Shown here: piece after piece, positions 49,485 through 62,517 of the stretch | How the letters are laid out: each line of letters begins with the position of its first letter | How positions within the stretch are numbered: position 1 is the first letter of the stretch | Source: Toensbergia leucococca | Taxonomy: Eukaryota | DNA: 64,000 nucleotides | Direction: 5' to 3' | Assembly (NCBI GenBank): GCA_022813965.1 | Contig: JALDZS010000116.1 | Coordinates: 1-64,000 of the forward strand | Position numbers and translations under genes: made by a program | Notes under the pieces: model-generated | What the model saw: only the letters and a program-made list of their open reading frames with translations | Told to the model about the DNA's origin: nothing | The model's database searches: none

Positions 49485-50641
49485 TCAACAGCACGTAAAG
49501 GTCACTAAAATTGAAAGACTTGGATGACAAGATTCGTTGGCACGGAAGAATATCTTTTTGCCGCCCATCGATCCTGTCCACTCTACTCTATGGAGATAGT
49601 GGAGGAACATGAAGGCAGGCTGACGGCCTCGAGGCAGTGAAAAGGTGGAGCGAGGAATGCGGGGTCGAGATACTGTAGTATTTACTAGTTACTTTTGCCT
49701 TGAGAGCTATTTCTGAGAGGGATGAAAGACTCCAACAGTCATGTGCGGACAAGGTACCTCTTCACACCGCATATCATGGGCTAATAGCTACATGGGTACT
49801 TAACAATCCTCCATTAGATTAAGTACTATTTTCCCTGTGTATTCCCAACAACAAGAATCAACAGCACCTCTGGAACTACTCAGTTTTTCGAATGCAGTCA
49901 TGATACAGACTGTCTTCTGGGCGTCTGGAACGGCTCAACGTGGCTTGAACACGGTTGACATGGATCGCCGACTTTCCAAAGGATCTGTCACACAAGATTC
50001 CTAAGAGTCTTAGGGGATCTCAAAGCTTTTGCCTAAGGCCAGCTAACATTATTAAAGCCAATGAAAAGCGGTCCATTGTGCCTTTTCCGGTCATGAGCAT
50101 GAAGGAGGGCAACGGAAGGAGCTTAAGGTCGAAGGAAGCCGCAGCTTTTCCAGCTTTTCCAGCTTTTCCAGCGCTAAGATCAACATACAGCTTAGCGCAC
50201 GGGAGACATTGATCCGGAAATGGCCCTGCTTGTCAGCCTTCGCCTTTTAGGGCTTTGATCTGCATGCAAAGCGGCTGGTAGCGGTAGGGCAAGACTAAGA
50301 AGCTTCTTCGCCATGAACAAGTCAGACCTTGGGGTAACCCTAACCCCCGGAACAGCTTCTCGACCAGCATTCGACTGTGCATGTGACGCCATGTCAGCGT
50401 CATGCATGGTGCAGGAAGAACAGTGGAGGAGCAGTGGGAGCTCCATGAACCGTGAGCTTGGTAAACAAACGGGAGCTCCCCATCCGATCACTAGGTAGGT
50501 ACATATATGAGCTCTGCGCCTCTTAAACAGCTTCAAAACCCGTTGACTTGGCTTTATTTCATACTATATTGATCCCGCTTTGCGTCCCTGCTAATTCCAA
50601 AGCTCTATCACACTACTGAAGCTCTTCTTCCCTCTGCGAAG

Positions 50642-51626
50642 ATGCACCTCACATCATGTCTTGCAGTTGCCTCGCTGCTAAGCTCCTCTGTCCTTGCAGC
50701 GCCACTGGTAGCTAAACGTCAAGCTATTACGGATGCTGATATCCTTCAGTTCGCATTAACCGTTCGTCTCTTTGTAATCACTCCAAGTCTTACTCATCCT
50801 AATCATTCCACAGCTCGAACATCTGGAAAATGTCTTTTACAAAGGCGGCATCAGCAGCATGCCCGAATCCGAATTTCTCGCTGCAGGCTTCAGCTCCGCG
50901 TATTACAGCAACCTCAAGTACATTGCTCACGACGAGGAACAGCACGTCGAACTTCTCACTGCCTCCCTCATGGAAGCAGGCGCCATGCCCGTAACCGCTT
51001 GCAAATACGACTTTCCCTACACTGACGCAAAATCTTTTGTCACTCTCGCGTCCGTGCTCGAGGGAGTCGGAGTTTCCGCTTATCTGGGCGCAGCCGGCCT
51101 AATAACTAGCAAAGCATATCTCGGCGTCGCCGCCTCAATTCTTGTGACTGAGGCTATTCACACTAGTCTGCAACGATTTAGCATCGGCGAAGTCGCGCCA
51201 GCCAATCCATATGGTACAGCTCTGGGCTTGGACCCTGTCTACACTCTCGCCGCTGCTTTCATCACATCTTGCCCAACGACCAATGCTGCATTACCGGTCA
51301 TGGCCTTCCCCGCTCTAACGGCTACCCAAGGCATCCCGGCTTCCCCAGGAATTTCCTTCACGTTCACCGCAAAGGGTACGCTTCCGGCCACCTTTTTCGT
51401 CGTCTTCGTCAACGGTTTGTACACCCTTGGTGTTACACCAACAATGGATGGCAGTATGATATCTGCCGTGATTCCGGAAGCGGTGAGCGGACAGACGTAT
51501 GCATTCGTTACCAATTCCATGCCCGCCACCAATATGTCGTCGATTATGGATTCAATGATTCTGTACGGGCCGGCTATTATTGAAGTTACGCCGCCGAGTC
51601 CGACGTTTGATCTTTCCGAGCAGTGA
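50642..51626 (+). CDS. Secreted ferritin-like domain protein (Rds1-like); intron 50762..50813
   Basis: Signal peptide plus KR; ITDADILQFALT|LEHLENVFY, HDEEQHV, LEGVGVSAYLGAA, ILVTEAIH. Confidence 0.88.
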
Positions 51627-52415
51627 ACGTCGCGAAGAGGTTGACATGATACTCTTGTCTAATAGGCTCTGCTGGTTTTCTTTTAAATGTCAATACTCGA
51701 TTTACGCGCTGTATATATCGGTGTTTGGTGGCAGATTTATTTTTGTATATGTGTGATATGATTGGTATGAGCTATGATGGGGATAATATTAATATTATTT
51801 TTGCCATATACCCCATGTCGTTGAACTTGGTAGATGATTAGTTACTTTTGGCATAATGAATTTTACTAACCCATAAGAAATCTTTCTACATTTCGTCTCG
51901 AAGAGATTTTCCTAACCTTCTACAAACACAACATCTCAACCCACTCCCCCTCACGATCTCCCCCACTCACCACCTCCCTACCCAATCATCTCAAGCCATT
52001 CATTCTAAACCCCCAAATCCGCCTCTCCCAACCCTCCTCACAAAATCCCCTCTCTCCCTCACTATTCACACCCTAAAAAACACCCCCTTACTCACTCACA
52101 CAACACACAACACACACACACTACCATATCCTTCCTCCCTCCCTCCCACCCAATATCCCAGGCCGGGGTTTCTCAAAGCAAAACCGAAACGGAAAAAGAG
52201 GGCAAGGCAGGTATTATCCAAAGGGGGCCTCGGGCTTGGACAGACTTAATGATCATGAAATTCTTTATTTTTTCCTCCTGCACACAAAGGACACACCTAC
52301 CTATCCCGACTCACGCAAACGCACGCAACGCACGCAAGTTCATCGGATCTTGTGGTCAAAGGCGCGATGATGGGATTCGGATTCGGATCTGTCTTGATTT
52401 TTGAGGGGATTGAAA

Positions 52416-52457
52416 GGGATGGAATGGGAACGGGATGGGATGGAATGGAATGGAATG
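52416..52457 (+). repeat. GGAAT/GGGAT pentanucleotide microsatellite
   Basis: gggatggaatgggaacgggatgggatggaatggaatggaatgg read directly. Confidence 0.7.
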
Positions 52458-53607
52458 GGGGGCTGGTGGATGGGGATGTGTGGGGTTTTTGGGGGGATGT
52501 TGTTGAGAGGATGGTTGTTGATAGTGCTGCTGTTAGGTACTGTTATTACTGTTATTACTATTACTAGCAGCAGCAGCAAAAGAGGAGTGTGAGGGTGAAT
52601 GAGTGAGTGGAATTTTGCCCACACAAAAGCTGTTGGATTTGGATTTTGTTGAGTGACTGAGTTCTCACTGATGGATATATGCAACTCTCTCCCCCTTCAC
52701 TTCACAACCACACAAAGAAAGCAGGGGGGAAAAAAAAAGGAAAGTAAAAGAATGAAAGAAAGGAGAAAGAAAAAAGGTGTTGATGAAGAAGGTAGGAGAC
52801 ACCATCCCTATCCAATGTCCCGTCCGAAATCAAAAAGCCTCTCCAGACTCTCCAGCCCCTTGACAAAAGTGGTCATCTCTTCATCAAATGCCACTTGAAA
52901 GTGAGTTTTTCTTTTCTCCTTGTTCGGGTTTCTCTCACTTGGGATTGTTGAGTTGGGGGTATGGTTGTGTTGTGTAGTGAAAGTGAGTTGATTGGAAGAA
53001 AGACTCGGTTTAGCAAAGGTACACGTTTTGAGTACCTTAATTGAGGGAATGGGATTTGACATACCTACATGACAACAAACCATCTTTCTTTTTCTCTTGA
53101 CGTCCCGCAACTTTTACACGCCATGATTGCAAAACCAGCCACACTCTCCCCCTTCCAGAGCGGAGAAGAGTAACTACAGCCCCCATCTCCTCAACCCACA
53201 TCATCCAAGATGGCCAGACACAAAATCACAGATGCAGCCACATGTTCAAAGGGGCAAGAAAAACCCGGGTCATTAAATCACCAAGACATCTATCGCACCC
53301 ACGCACGCCAAAAATCAATACTCTCCTCCTCCTCCATCCCAAACCCCATCCCCAATATGGCCATAGGGTAGAAAGAACTTCAGGGCGCCCTTGCTGATCT
53401 GCTTGAGTTTGTGACTCTCTCTCTCTCTCTCAGCGTCAATGGTATGCTGAGAAATCAGATCTTGAATTTTCCTGTAGGGTCCTGTGATTTATTGGCTGGC
53501 GTTTCCGCCTCCGCTTGCTTGACCTCCCGGGTCTTTGTTCTTGATCTGGTCCCTTGATGACCATGGGCGTGGTGGAGTCTGAGGCCTTGAGGACCATGGT
53601 TGCTGTT

Positions 53608-53691
53608 CTGTAGATGTTCCTGTGGATGTTCCTGTGGATGCTCCTGTAGATGTTCCTGTAGATGTTCCTGTAGATGTTCCTGTAGATGTTC
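53608..53691 (+). repeat. 12-bp minisatellite (CTGTAGATGTTC) x7
   Basis: Seven consecutive units, two of them carrying substitutions. Confidence 0.9.
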
Positions 53692-55358
53692 CCGCAGGCG
53701 TTTGCAACGCTTGGCGTGCTATTGCTTGCAGATCCCGCTCTTGTCGTGGTCCTGACATGATGAGAAATAAAAGTGTTGAAACGGGCTAAGAATTTTTGAC
53801 GAAGAAGAGATTTATCAAGGATAATACTTTGGTTGTTCTTCAGTCTTTGTAAGTAGGGAATTGAAGAAGCTGTAAATCTCTGTTGATTTGTTGTGTAGTG
53901 CTGTTGTCTGTTGCTATTGTCTGTTTGTCTGTCTGTAGTCTGTGTGAAATGCTGTATGAGCAGCAAAATCTGAGGGTCTCAGGAGGTTTATGTAGGTGTT
54001 GAGCAGACAGAAAGAAAGTCATGACAACTTTGCGAAGGGGGCGTGAATAGGGAAAGAAGTCAAATACTGAAGTGAAGAGCAATTGATCTACCCCGATAAT
54101 AACAGCATCTTATGATGAATTATTCCGAGTTAGTCAAGGAGCCACTCTCAGTGTGACACATTGATGTAAAAAAAGGATTCACAACAGCACATTGAAGCTG
54201 TAATGAAGGTGTCATGATCATGGTAACTTGCTTCTGAGAGCCGATCTGGTTTGAGTTATTGAAAGGGTAAGAAATCTGATATAATACTTGCTATTGGAGC
54301 TGCTCCGTGCCATCTACTTCACGGGCTAGTAGAATATAGTCCATGAAGTCTTGTAATCTTGTAGCCTCCCAGCCTCAGCAAGACCTGTAACTCAAACCCT
54401 CTTCAGAGACTAGGATACCTCTCAAGACATCTAGGCCCCTCAGAACAGGCGCGATGAGCGTCCTCAAATGTCATTAGTTTACCGAGCAGAGTTTCAGCCT
54501 CAGTACGATGGTCTGCATACCCATCACGTAGAAACTCTAGATATTCCCACCGCTATTGCAGCTGATGCTTCCTCTCACACGTCCTCTTCAAAGCAATGTG
54601 CGTAGTACGCCCGATCAAGGCATTCTCTGCTTGCTGATCATAACGGTTAGAAAACTCGCACTCGGTGGGATGACCTGGCACGCACGGCATTGTTCAGAAG
54701 AAGATTCTGAAAGTGAAGGAAGGTCTTGCTGGCTGAGGAGAGGGGATCTTGGCGCGCGGTTTCTCGTTTCTGGGATCATTGGGGTTGTTGAGGAGAGTAA
54801 TACATGCATGCGACTATGGTAGGGGGCCGAAGATTTGGGTCGCCCGAGGCGGCGTATGAGCATCGGGTGATGAGGGTGCGGCTGGCAACGCATTTGCATA
54901 GGGGTGGATGACGTTTTCGTAGAAGCACATGGTGGGTAAATTCGCTGGCTTTGAGACTTTTGGCGCTTGAGTTGGAGATAGTTGAGAACTGGCTTACTGG
55001 ATCGAGGAGTCGGGAAGCAAGACTCCTGTACGAAGGTTAAGAAAAACAAAGAAGACAGAACGTCAAACATGCTGAAATACTCGCATTTCACCCCTCCAAT
55101 AGCGTTCATTCGACTTGAAAGTGCTGTTCAAATCCCTTTCGTTGCCATTTGCCTGCATCCAGTTCTTTGTTCCAAAAACGGGACAATGCTATTGTTTACC
55201 TCCAACGGCCTTTGTTCGATACCCACATCCCCATCAGACCAACAAAGCTCCACAGCACTCAATCCAATCTCTCTGTCATTCCTCCCTTCTCCCATTCCCA
55301 CCAATCCCGCCACACCTCACTCTCTCCTCGCATCCTCCATCCGCTCAAAAAGCAAGGA

Positions 55359-55676
55359 ATGTCGCCAAAGACCTAATTCATTACTCCTGCACTCACTACG
55401 GCGCCACTGAGCTCCTCCGCTGTCTCTCCCGCCCCAACTGCACAATCCACAGCTCGGTCATCACGACCAAGAGTGTCTGTCCGTCGTGTTTTGAGTTTCG
55501 GAAACGGATTGCAAGGAAGGTATGTGAGATTTTGAGGAAGTAGAGAGAGGGGGTTTTTGGAGGTGGGTCTATGTGCATAGCTGACGTGATGGTGTTTTTA
55601 GGGAGGTAAAGAGGAAGGGCGATGGGAGGGGACGAGGAGAAAGAAGAGAAAGGGGTGGTGGTGTCTTTTTTGCTAA
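55359..55676 (+). CDS. Small Cys-rich protein or recent pseudogene; intron 55520..55601; start codon out of frame by 1 nt
   Basis: Frame AKDLIHYSCTHYGATELLRCLSRPNCTIHSSVITTKSVCPSCFEFRKRIARK|GGKEEGRWEGTRRKKRKGWWCLFC*; GTATGT donor, CTGAC branch and TAG acceptor join in phase. Confidence 0.5.
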
Positions 55677-56254
55677 TTTGGTGCTTCGTACGTACGTGTT
55701 TTAGATAGATAGCAGTTCTGAAGTAACATCTTATCCATTGACAAGCTGTCTCTAATGTAGCGGATGTACGGTTGATAATAGAAGCAACAGCCAGAGCCGA
55801 GCAAAACTCTTGGTCTTGCAGCTTGCACTGTAGCATCTTCCTCGTACCCATATTAGTTCTGCGAGCTCGATCTTTCGTTAGGCCTATTCTGCGAACTCGA
55901 GGATTTTTTTTTTGAAAAATTTTCAAGCACTGAGGAGATGGCAATAAAAAAGCAGCAGACTCGACCAGTCTCAGAGTCCGCACGTCTCATTTAAAAAATT
56001 TGAAGATATTCCGCTCATAGGCTGAATTTACTAGCAGCCGCAGAGGCACAAGAAAGAGCAAGATCGAGGCAGTTGTCAATGCTTCAACAGGTTGAGGGAT
56101 TGCACAAAGGCACGGGCCGTCGAGGGCGTTCAAGATGCCTGTTCAAATGAAAGTGGAACTTGGATTGGGAGTTCAGAGCGCAAGTGTGACGACAGTCGTT
56201 TTGGGAGAGCATATAGGATAATCATGTCTTCTTTCTTTTATCTATATACGTGCG

Positions 56255-56692
56255 CTAAGGTTCATGATATAGCTTGATTTCCGGAATTGGCAAAGCCGTG
56301 GTTGGTGGATCGGAGTAACCGCCCTGCTGTCTAGAGCTCATCGTAGGCCTTTCCACATATCTGCCTGCGCTATTCGCTATCGGCGCTGAAATGTCAAAGT
56401 GCCCATGTCCCTCGTCCTCGAGCGTCGGTAACAATTCATACTGGTGGTGCTGCAAGATCTGTCCCTCTAGCGCAGGCGAATCATGGTCTCGTATTTCAAC
56501 ATCTGGTTTGAAACTGACTTTTTTCCTTCGAATTGGGTGGATGGTTTTGCGCCAGTGCTTAAAGTAAATGTAGGTGAGGACGGCGAGGAGGAAGAAGAGG
56601 CTGCTGATTACTATTGCTGCGATGGTGGCGGGGCCGATATGGGAGTGATTGGCGGCGGAGAGGTCGCTGGATGCGATGTTGAGAGTGTCCAT
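56255..56692 (-). CDS. Small single-pass membrane protein, hypothetical
   Basis: ATG-started 145 aa ORF with IAAIVISSLFFLLAVLTYIYF followed by a basic stop-transfer segment KHWRK. Confidence 0.6.
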   Translation of the reverse strand: MDTLNIASSDLSAANHSHIGPATIAAIVISSLFFLLAVLTYIYFKHWRKTIHPIRRKKVSFKPDVEIRDHDSPALEGQILQHHQYELLPTLEDEGHGHFDISAPIANSAGRYVERPTMSSRQQGGYSDPPTTALPIPEIKLYHEP

Positions 56693-57244
56693 TTCTAGGA
56701 GGATGGAAATGGGGCGATTTGCTTAGGAGAGTGCTAGAGTGGAGGTGGTTTGCCGTGATTGAAGGAGAAGCGGCGAGGAGTGACAAGATGCGTGCATAGC
56801 TCTCGCTCTGGATTTATAGAGCATGTTGGTTTGTATTATCCTTCTTGGTAGACTACGCGTGGCATGATAGCTTCGCCTCGACGGATGATTGTATTTTAGT
56901 CGCTGAGGCTCAAGCGTAGAGCCTTACGGGAGCAGTTGTTGGTGGCGCATACACTAAGTGTGATAATCAGCCTGATTGACATGAGACATGATACCGCCAT
57001 CATCCATGATTAAAATGGGCGAGATGATCTGTCGATCGAGTGAGTCGTTTGAGCGATGCTATGCAGTCTCTGTATTTGAACGAGGCGTCTTCAGCTCTTT
57101 CGGCTTGTTCGTTGATAGTTGTGAGCATCGAAACTCTTTCATCTCGATCCTCAACTTACCTGAAAAGCAACCAAAGTGCCCTTCACTCATCATCTCGTCG
57201 ATCCTCGCTTATCTCTTTCGATTTGATATGAACATCGCCAGCTT

Positions 57245-58567
57245 TCATCGGAGATATTCGCAAATCGGTAATCTGTACTCCTTCAGCACCCAGTACTTTC
57301 TTCGAACCCCGTCCCATTCTCCATCTCCCAAGTGCGGTACCCCAATAGTCTCCCATTCCATATCGAACCCGGCCTCTAAAACATCCATCTCGACAACTTT
57401 GGCATACACATCATAGCAAATCTGTCTATCAGCACCCAGCCCATTGAAAAATCCCCATTTACCCTCTTCCTCGAGCAATCCAATCATATACTCGGAGAAG
57501 AATTCCCTCAAAGCTTTGTAGTCTTCCGCAAAGGTGTCGAAATAAATAGCATCGAATAACACCCCTTGCTCAATTAACCTCGGAAGTACTTCTTGCCATT
57601 TCCCCTCATGAATCGTCATGCCCAACTTCTCATCCCATCCTTCCTGTTTCATTCGAATTAGAATTGCAGGATGGGCTTCGATGATATGGTGCGAGGTGGG
57701 CGACTTGGTTTGGAAGAAGTTGTCAATTATGCCCATACCGTGACCTATATTTAGGATTCGTAGGCCCGGTTTCGGGGCCAGTAATTCTGCGGTGCGTTTC
57801 ATGATGTCCGTTTCCCAGGCCATCATTACACCATTGTTATCGCCATCTAATATCCGATCGGTTTGGAAGCTGAGATCAGACTGTAGATAGTCTTCGCTCT
57901 TCGCTTCCCTCTTTTGAGCGTCTGCAACAAAATCCGTCTCTTTCTCTTGCATGGGTACGATATCGACTTCCTCATGCACCGTTTCTTGCCCCTGAATGCC
58001 AAAGGCCTCCCCAATATTGATTCCTAGATCTTCTTCTTCTTCTTTCTTAAGATCATCGTCTTCATCTTCACCATCTCCTAGTAACTCGAATCCATCTAGC
58101 CGGTTCAGCAACATCTCTGCCCGAACCCCCGCATCGACCATGATCTCATATAAGTCTCGTAAACCCAATCTTAGCGCTAAGCATCCTGGAGTCTCATCGT
58201 TCTTGTCAAGATCGTTCCATATAGCTCCATTTTGCAATAGCAATCTCATTGTTTCAGCTGCTGCTTCAATGTCCGGATTATTCCTCTCAGTCTGGTCTGC
58301 GGTAGAACTCCCGTTCTTGGTATTCCATCCGTTGGTTATTTGCCCATTAATCTGGAGAGTGCCTTGTGTGGCTGGTATGGGAGATGAAGGCTCGCAAGCA
58401 GCAATTGCAGCATGGAGAGGAGTAAAACCAGTTTCTGGGTCTTGGACACTTGCCGACCCAGTCCGGAGGAGGATTCGGAGAGATTCAATATTGTGGTGGG
58501 AGGAGGCGAGGATAATTGATTGGGCAGAAAGATCTGGGTCTGGGTCATTGAGATCATCAATCTCCAT
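57245..58567 (-). CDS. RMT2: Protein arginine N-methyltransferase 2 (ankyrin repeat plus GAMT-like domain)
   Basis: TGFTPLHAA ankyrin, NGAIWNDLD, GVMMAWET, LNIGHGMGIID, IIEAHP, FDAIYFDTF, FFNGLGADR. Confidence 0.95.
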   Translation of the reverse strand: MEIDDLNDPDPDLSAQSIILASSHHNIESLRILLRTGSASVQDPETGFTPLHAAIAACEPSSPIPATQGTLQINGQITNGWNTKNGSSTADQTERNNPDIEAAAETMRLLLQNGAIWNDLDKNDETPGCLALRLGLRDLYEIMVDAGVRAEMLLNRLDGFELLGDGEDEDDDLKKEEEEDLGINIGEAFGIQGQETVHEEVDIVPMQEKETDFVADAQKREAKSEDYLQSDLSFQTDRILDGDNNGVMMAWETDIMKRTAELLAPKPGLRILNIGHGMGIIDNFFQTKSPTSHHIIEAHPAILIRMKQEGWDEKLGMTIHEGKWQEVLPRLIEQGVLFDAIYFDTFAEDYKALREFFSEYMIGLLEEEGKWGFFNGLGADRQICYDVYAKVVEMDVLEAGFDMEWETIGVPHLGDGEWDGVRRKYWVLKEYRLPICEYLR

Positions 58568-59061
58568 GATTAGTAGAATGTCCAGACCAAGTGATCCAGA
58601 GTCTTAGACAGTTCCAGAAGTCGGTGTGTCTGTTGGAGTGCAGAATCTACAAATACGGTACTCGTACCTTCGAGGAGGCGGGAGTCGCTTAGCCCTATCA
58701 AGGTTGAAGCAAGCCTTGACAGTTATTCAACTCTCTCTCATTTACAGAGGGAGCTAAAAGCGAACGTTGACATTTTGTTCCATTGTGAAAGCTTACATAT
58801 CAAACGATGCCAATTCCCGTAGTCATACGTAAGAAACATATCGGATTTGGTAGTATTTCTATCACTTCTGCATCGAGACGCAGGCTTCCGATCGCTACAT
58901 TGCATGCCACGGGCCATTGTCGCAGGCACGGGAGCCATTAGAAAGAGATGTGACACATCAAATTTCAAACGCGCTACCACTAATACAGGGCAGCTCACTG
59001 AATGGAAAGATGCCGACAGCCTCGTTGACACAAATCATTAACATACCATTGTGCCATCGCC

Positions 59062-59580
59062 ATGACAAGAGTCAGTTATTTCGATTCCTTCCCTCCCTTC
59101 GTGCAAAACCCAACTGCTCCCATCGAAGGGGAATTCATCCGACTTGCTGAACATCGGCACTGGGTCCGTGGAAGCAAAAGATATAGGACCGAACACCGCC
59201 GATGTTTGTTATTAGAATTCGATCATCATGTGGCTGCAATAGTTGCGGATGGTAAACTCGGCGGATGGCAAGCCTTGTGTGAAGAAGTGGGCGTGGTGGC
59301 TATTCCTTCAACCATTACGCAATGCAAGAAGGTACCCAGCTATTGATCCCTAGAATTTCGTCGGCATGAGCATCATTACTGAGCTCTCCGCTAGGTTTTG
59401 AGAAACGTTCATGTTAATCTTGTCGATTTGATTAATAGTCGACGACAAGGGAATCAAGTCCCAACCTTCTCTTCTTATTTGGCTCTGAGGAAGTACACAT
59501 TAGACTCGAAGAAGATATTTCCAAAGGCGAAAGCAAAGAAGGATGGGCTAATCCACATTCTACTACGTGTGATCTTTTAA
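59062..59580 (+). CDS. Small conserved fungal hypothetical protein; intron 59332..59394
   Basis: WQALCEEVGV...PSTITQCKK|VLRNVHVNLVDL...LRKYT...KIFPKAKAK, a pattern common in fungal proteins of unknown function; in-phase splice. Confidence 0.8.
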
Positions 59581-59883
59581 GCCAGGTTGTCTTCAAATCG
59601 GGCAGAAGTCCTAGGGGATACATTGCAAGGCGAAAAAACAACTCGGTCAGCGTACTACCAGAATAATTTTGGGGCACTTTTTGGCATTTTTTAAAGCATA
59701 TGTTGAACAACCGCAGAAAAGCTCAAGGGTGTAATGCTGTAAATCTTCTTTCTAAACCTACTCCGTCGCTAACCATGTCTCGGAGAAACTGTATTCATAA
59801 CCCAAATCAAAGGACCGTTCTCCCGAGAGACTTTTATCCTTAACAACGATACTTAAAAAGTATAACAGAGCGCAATTTGGGGC

Positions 59884-61355
59884 TCAGTCGCTCGAGGAAG
59901 GATCGCCTGGCTTTTGACCGTATACGACATGAATGTTAATCATCTATTCAAGCGGATCCGTCAGCAATAGTCTAGGATTTTCATTTGTGTAGGATACCAA
60001 GCTTACCGCATGGATCTTGGGATTCCTAAGCTGAGCTCTGACATCGGCCAGAATTGTCTGTACCTTTTCCACGGAATACCCTAGCACTCGCGTATAGAGT
60101 GCGATGGAGAATCCTTCGAGACCTTCTAAAAGGCCCGCGAGATTGAACGCACCCATCTCCTTCTGTGGAACGCCGATGAAACAACAATTAGATCAAATTG
60201 GTCGTAGGAGAGGTGACAGGATGCTATGTGAGGCGAGTCTACTCTCTGAACTTACCAGTCTTTTGTCTTTTGCCCATGGTCCTAATGGAGCCTTGTGGAT
60301 CTTATGCGACACATTGATGAAACCAGACTCATGGGCGAATTTTTCAGTGACGAGTCCTGGACAGGGTACTTTACCCATCTTCTCCGCCGCTGCAAATAGC
60401 TCCTCGGACCAAAGCTGGATCGGAGAACCCTTCTTGAAAGTATCATCATCTGAATACCAGTGGTAGTCAAATTCCTGCCATTCGCACCATCCTCCTGGTT
60501 TGGTGAATCTGAATTTCTTCTTGTTATTTTTGTTTTAAAAGATAATACAATTGTTGAAGAAAGGCAGGGATCATCCAAGGAGACGGGATGCTCACTGATA
60601 GCACTGCCTTGCAAGCTTGCCCCAGTCTGCAATAGCAAAATCCAGATGGCGAGAATGTATAAAATCAAATTGACCGCTATAGCTCCATTCGCTCTCGATA
60701 TCGTCCACCTCAAAGGTCAGATTCGGGGGGACCCATTTTGGTTGAATGGCGCTCAGATCGTTACCAATAACTGCGGCGTTTGGGAACTCATCGGCGATTT
60801 CAATAGCCCAAATGCCAGTACCTGTCCCGAGATCGAGGATGCGTTTGGGATCTTTATTTATCGGTGCGGTATATAATCTTTCTTCCAAGGCGAGCATGAT
60901 TAGGCGATGGGTAAGATCAAGCCGTTCCTGCTCCTGCTCGTCGTTGGGGAAAACATAAGCTCCTTCGCGATAGGCATGGTAACGTCGGCCATTCTCTTCC
61001 TTATAGTTGACCACACTCGAGGCGAGTGAAGTGGTGAAGCTCGCACTGCGTACATATTAGTACGTGATGTTTGGCGTGATGGGAATTTGAAAGCGTACGT
61101 CTCCGAATCGTAAGCGGAATCGTCGTGGTCTTGGTTCTGGGCAGGGGTTTCAGTCGACGAGTTGGGAGCCATGTCATACGATAAGTGTTCACTTACGTCT
61201 TGATCGACTTCAATGGGCAGACCTTCTGAGATGGGCACTGGCGTAGGCTGAGGTGCAATGGCAGGCACAGATTCGGTGGTAGGCTCAGGTATACTGGCAG
61301 GTTCAGGTGCATTGGCAGGCTCAGGTACAATGGCAGGCTCTGTAGCTCCTTCCAT
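59884..61355 (-). CDS. Class I SAM-dependent methyltransferase (LaeA-like/TAM, Methyltransf_23 type), multi-exon
   Basis: ENGRRYHAY, FPNDEQEQERLDLTH, ILDLGTGTGIWA, GNDLSAIQP, FDFIHSR, TKPGGWCEWQE, PLGPWAKDK, VVYGQKP. Confidence 0.9.
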
Positions 61356-62517
61356 GTCGAGTACAAGTTCCAAAATGGCAGTGATGAAGTCGTCAAAATA
61401 GAATTACAGCGACTGGCAATTAAGCTACTCGTATATTCATCCGTATCCGAGATGCAATAGCTTCTGGCTCGGCCACTGGAAGAGTAAGGTCAATACGACG
61501 GGCGTTTAGGGCAAAGATCGAGTCGGAGAAGTGCGCAAGTCCGAGTCTATATGCGTTGGTAGTGGCATCGGTGCTCTTGTATCCGTACTGTGCAAGCGTT
61601 TTACCTACCCCAAGCGGCCCGCCCGCTGCAGGCTTGTGTCCACCAAGCGCTTGCAAGAGGATTCCATTCGCTGTCGACGTTTTCCTCGAATCATCACTGC
61701 TTATCGAGTACAAGCGCATCGGATATGTCCTAGCCCTGTCGTCTGCACTTTCCCTGTTGGTTGGAGTGGTTGTGGCTTTGCGGCAATTTATCATTGGATC
61801 AATAATCCATCGACGTCCGCATAATCGCATAGGTAGGATGTAGACCCTGCGCTCAGCTTGACCAATTGAGGTATATAACACCGGTGGCTGATGGTCCCTC
61901 AAGTTGAAAATTCTATATACAGGTACGTAGTTCTTAGTTGATGAGAGAATGACCTGAAATAGGAACCACAAGCAAGCTATTGAACCCATCAAGGCTCCAT
62001 GTTTCATTTGTTGAAGACTTGTGCCAGGTAGTATTATCAAGTCCGTACGATAGCGGCAGTTGCGGTAAATCGATGTAAAGAAAGTGAATTAAGGCTGACA
62101 GATTTGTTTCTATTGACAGATTGACAGAGCCAAAAGTAGTGGGTGTGGGGACCGATGGACCTAGGGTTGAGACCTACTGGCCCGTCTGCAATTGCTATCA
62201 AACCTTATCGCGACCCCTTGCTGCCTCGCAGTTGAGCTATTGTAATACTCGTACGCTCTACCTACCTACTTTTGATACTCGTATGTAGTTAGAAATATGA
62301 ATTACTCGACGAATGCAATCGTGTGTCAAAAGTAGATCAATATTCAGTCTAAAGATGCATGTGCAATGCCCCGAATTTCCTTTCAAAAAGATCGAAACAA
62401 CCAAACTAAAAGCTGGTGCTGAAACTGAGAAAATGACGTACGAATTCCAATGACGTCCTCACAGTTACACCAACACTTGAAAGCTCATCCACAGACCTCC
62501 AACAGAACCCCTATAAG

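Noticed and set aside
53210..53240. ATGGCCAGACACAAA resembling a histone H3 start
   Set aside because: Similarity ends after three codons in every frame.
53608..53691. Repeat array as a possible CRISPR
   Set aside because: Contiguous 12-bp units with no spacers, in a eukaryotic context; it is a minisatellite.
61420..62040. 206-aa minus-strand ORF
   Set aside because: Non-ATG start, no recognisable motif, and it lies in a divergent promoter/UTR region.
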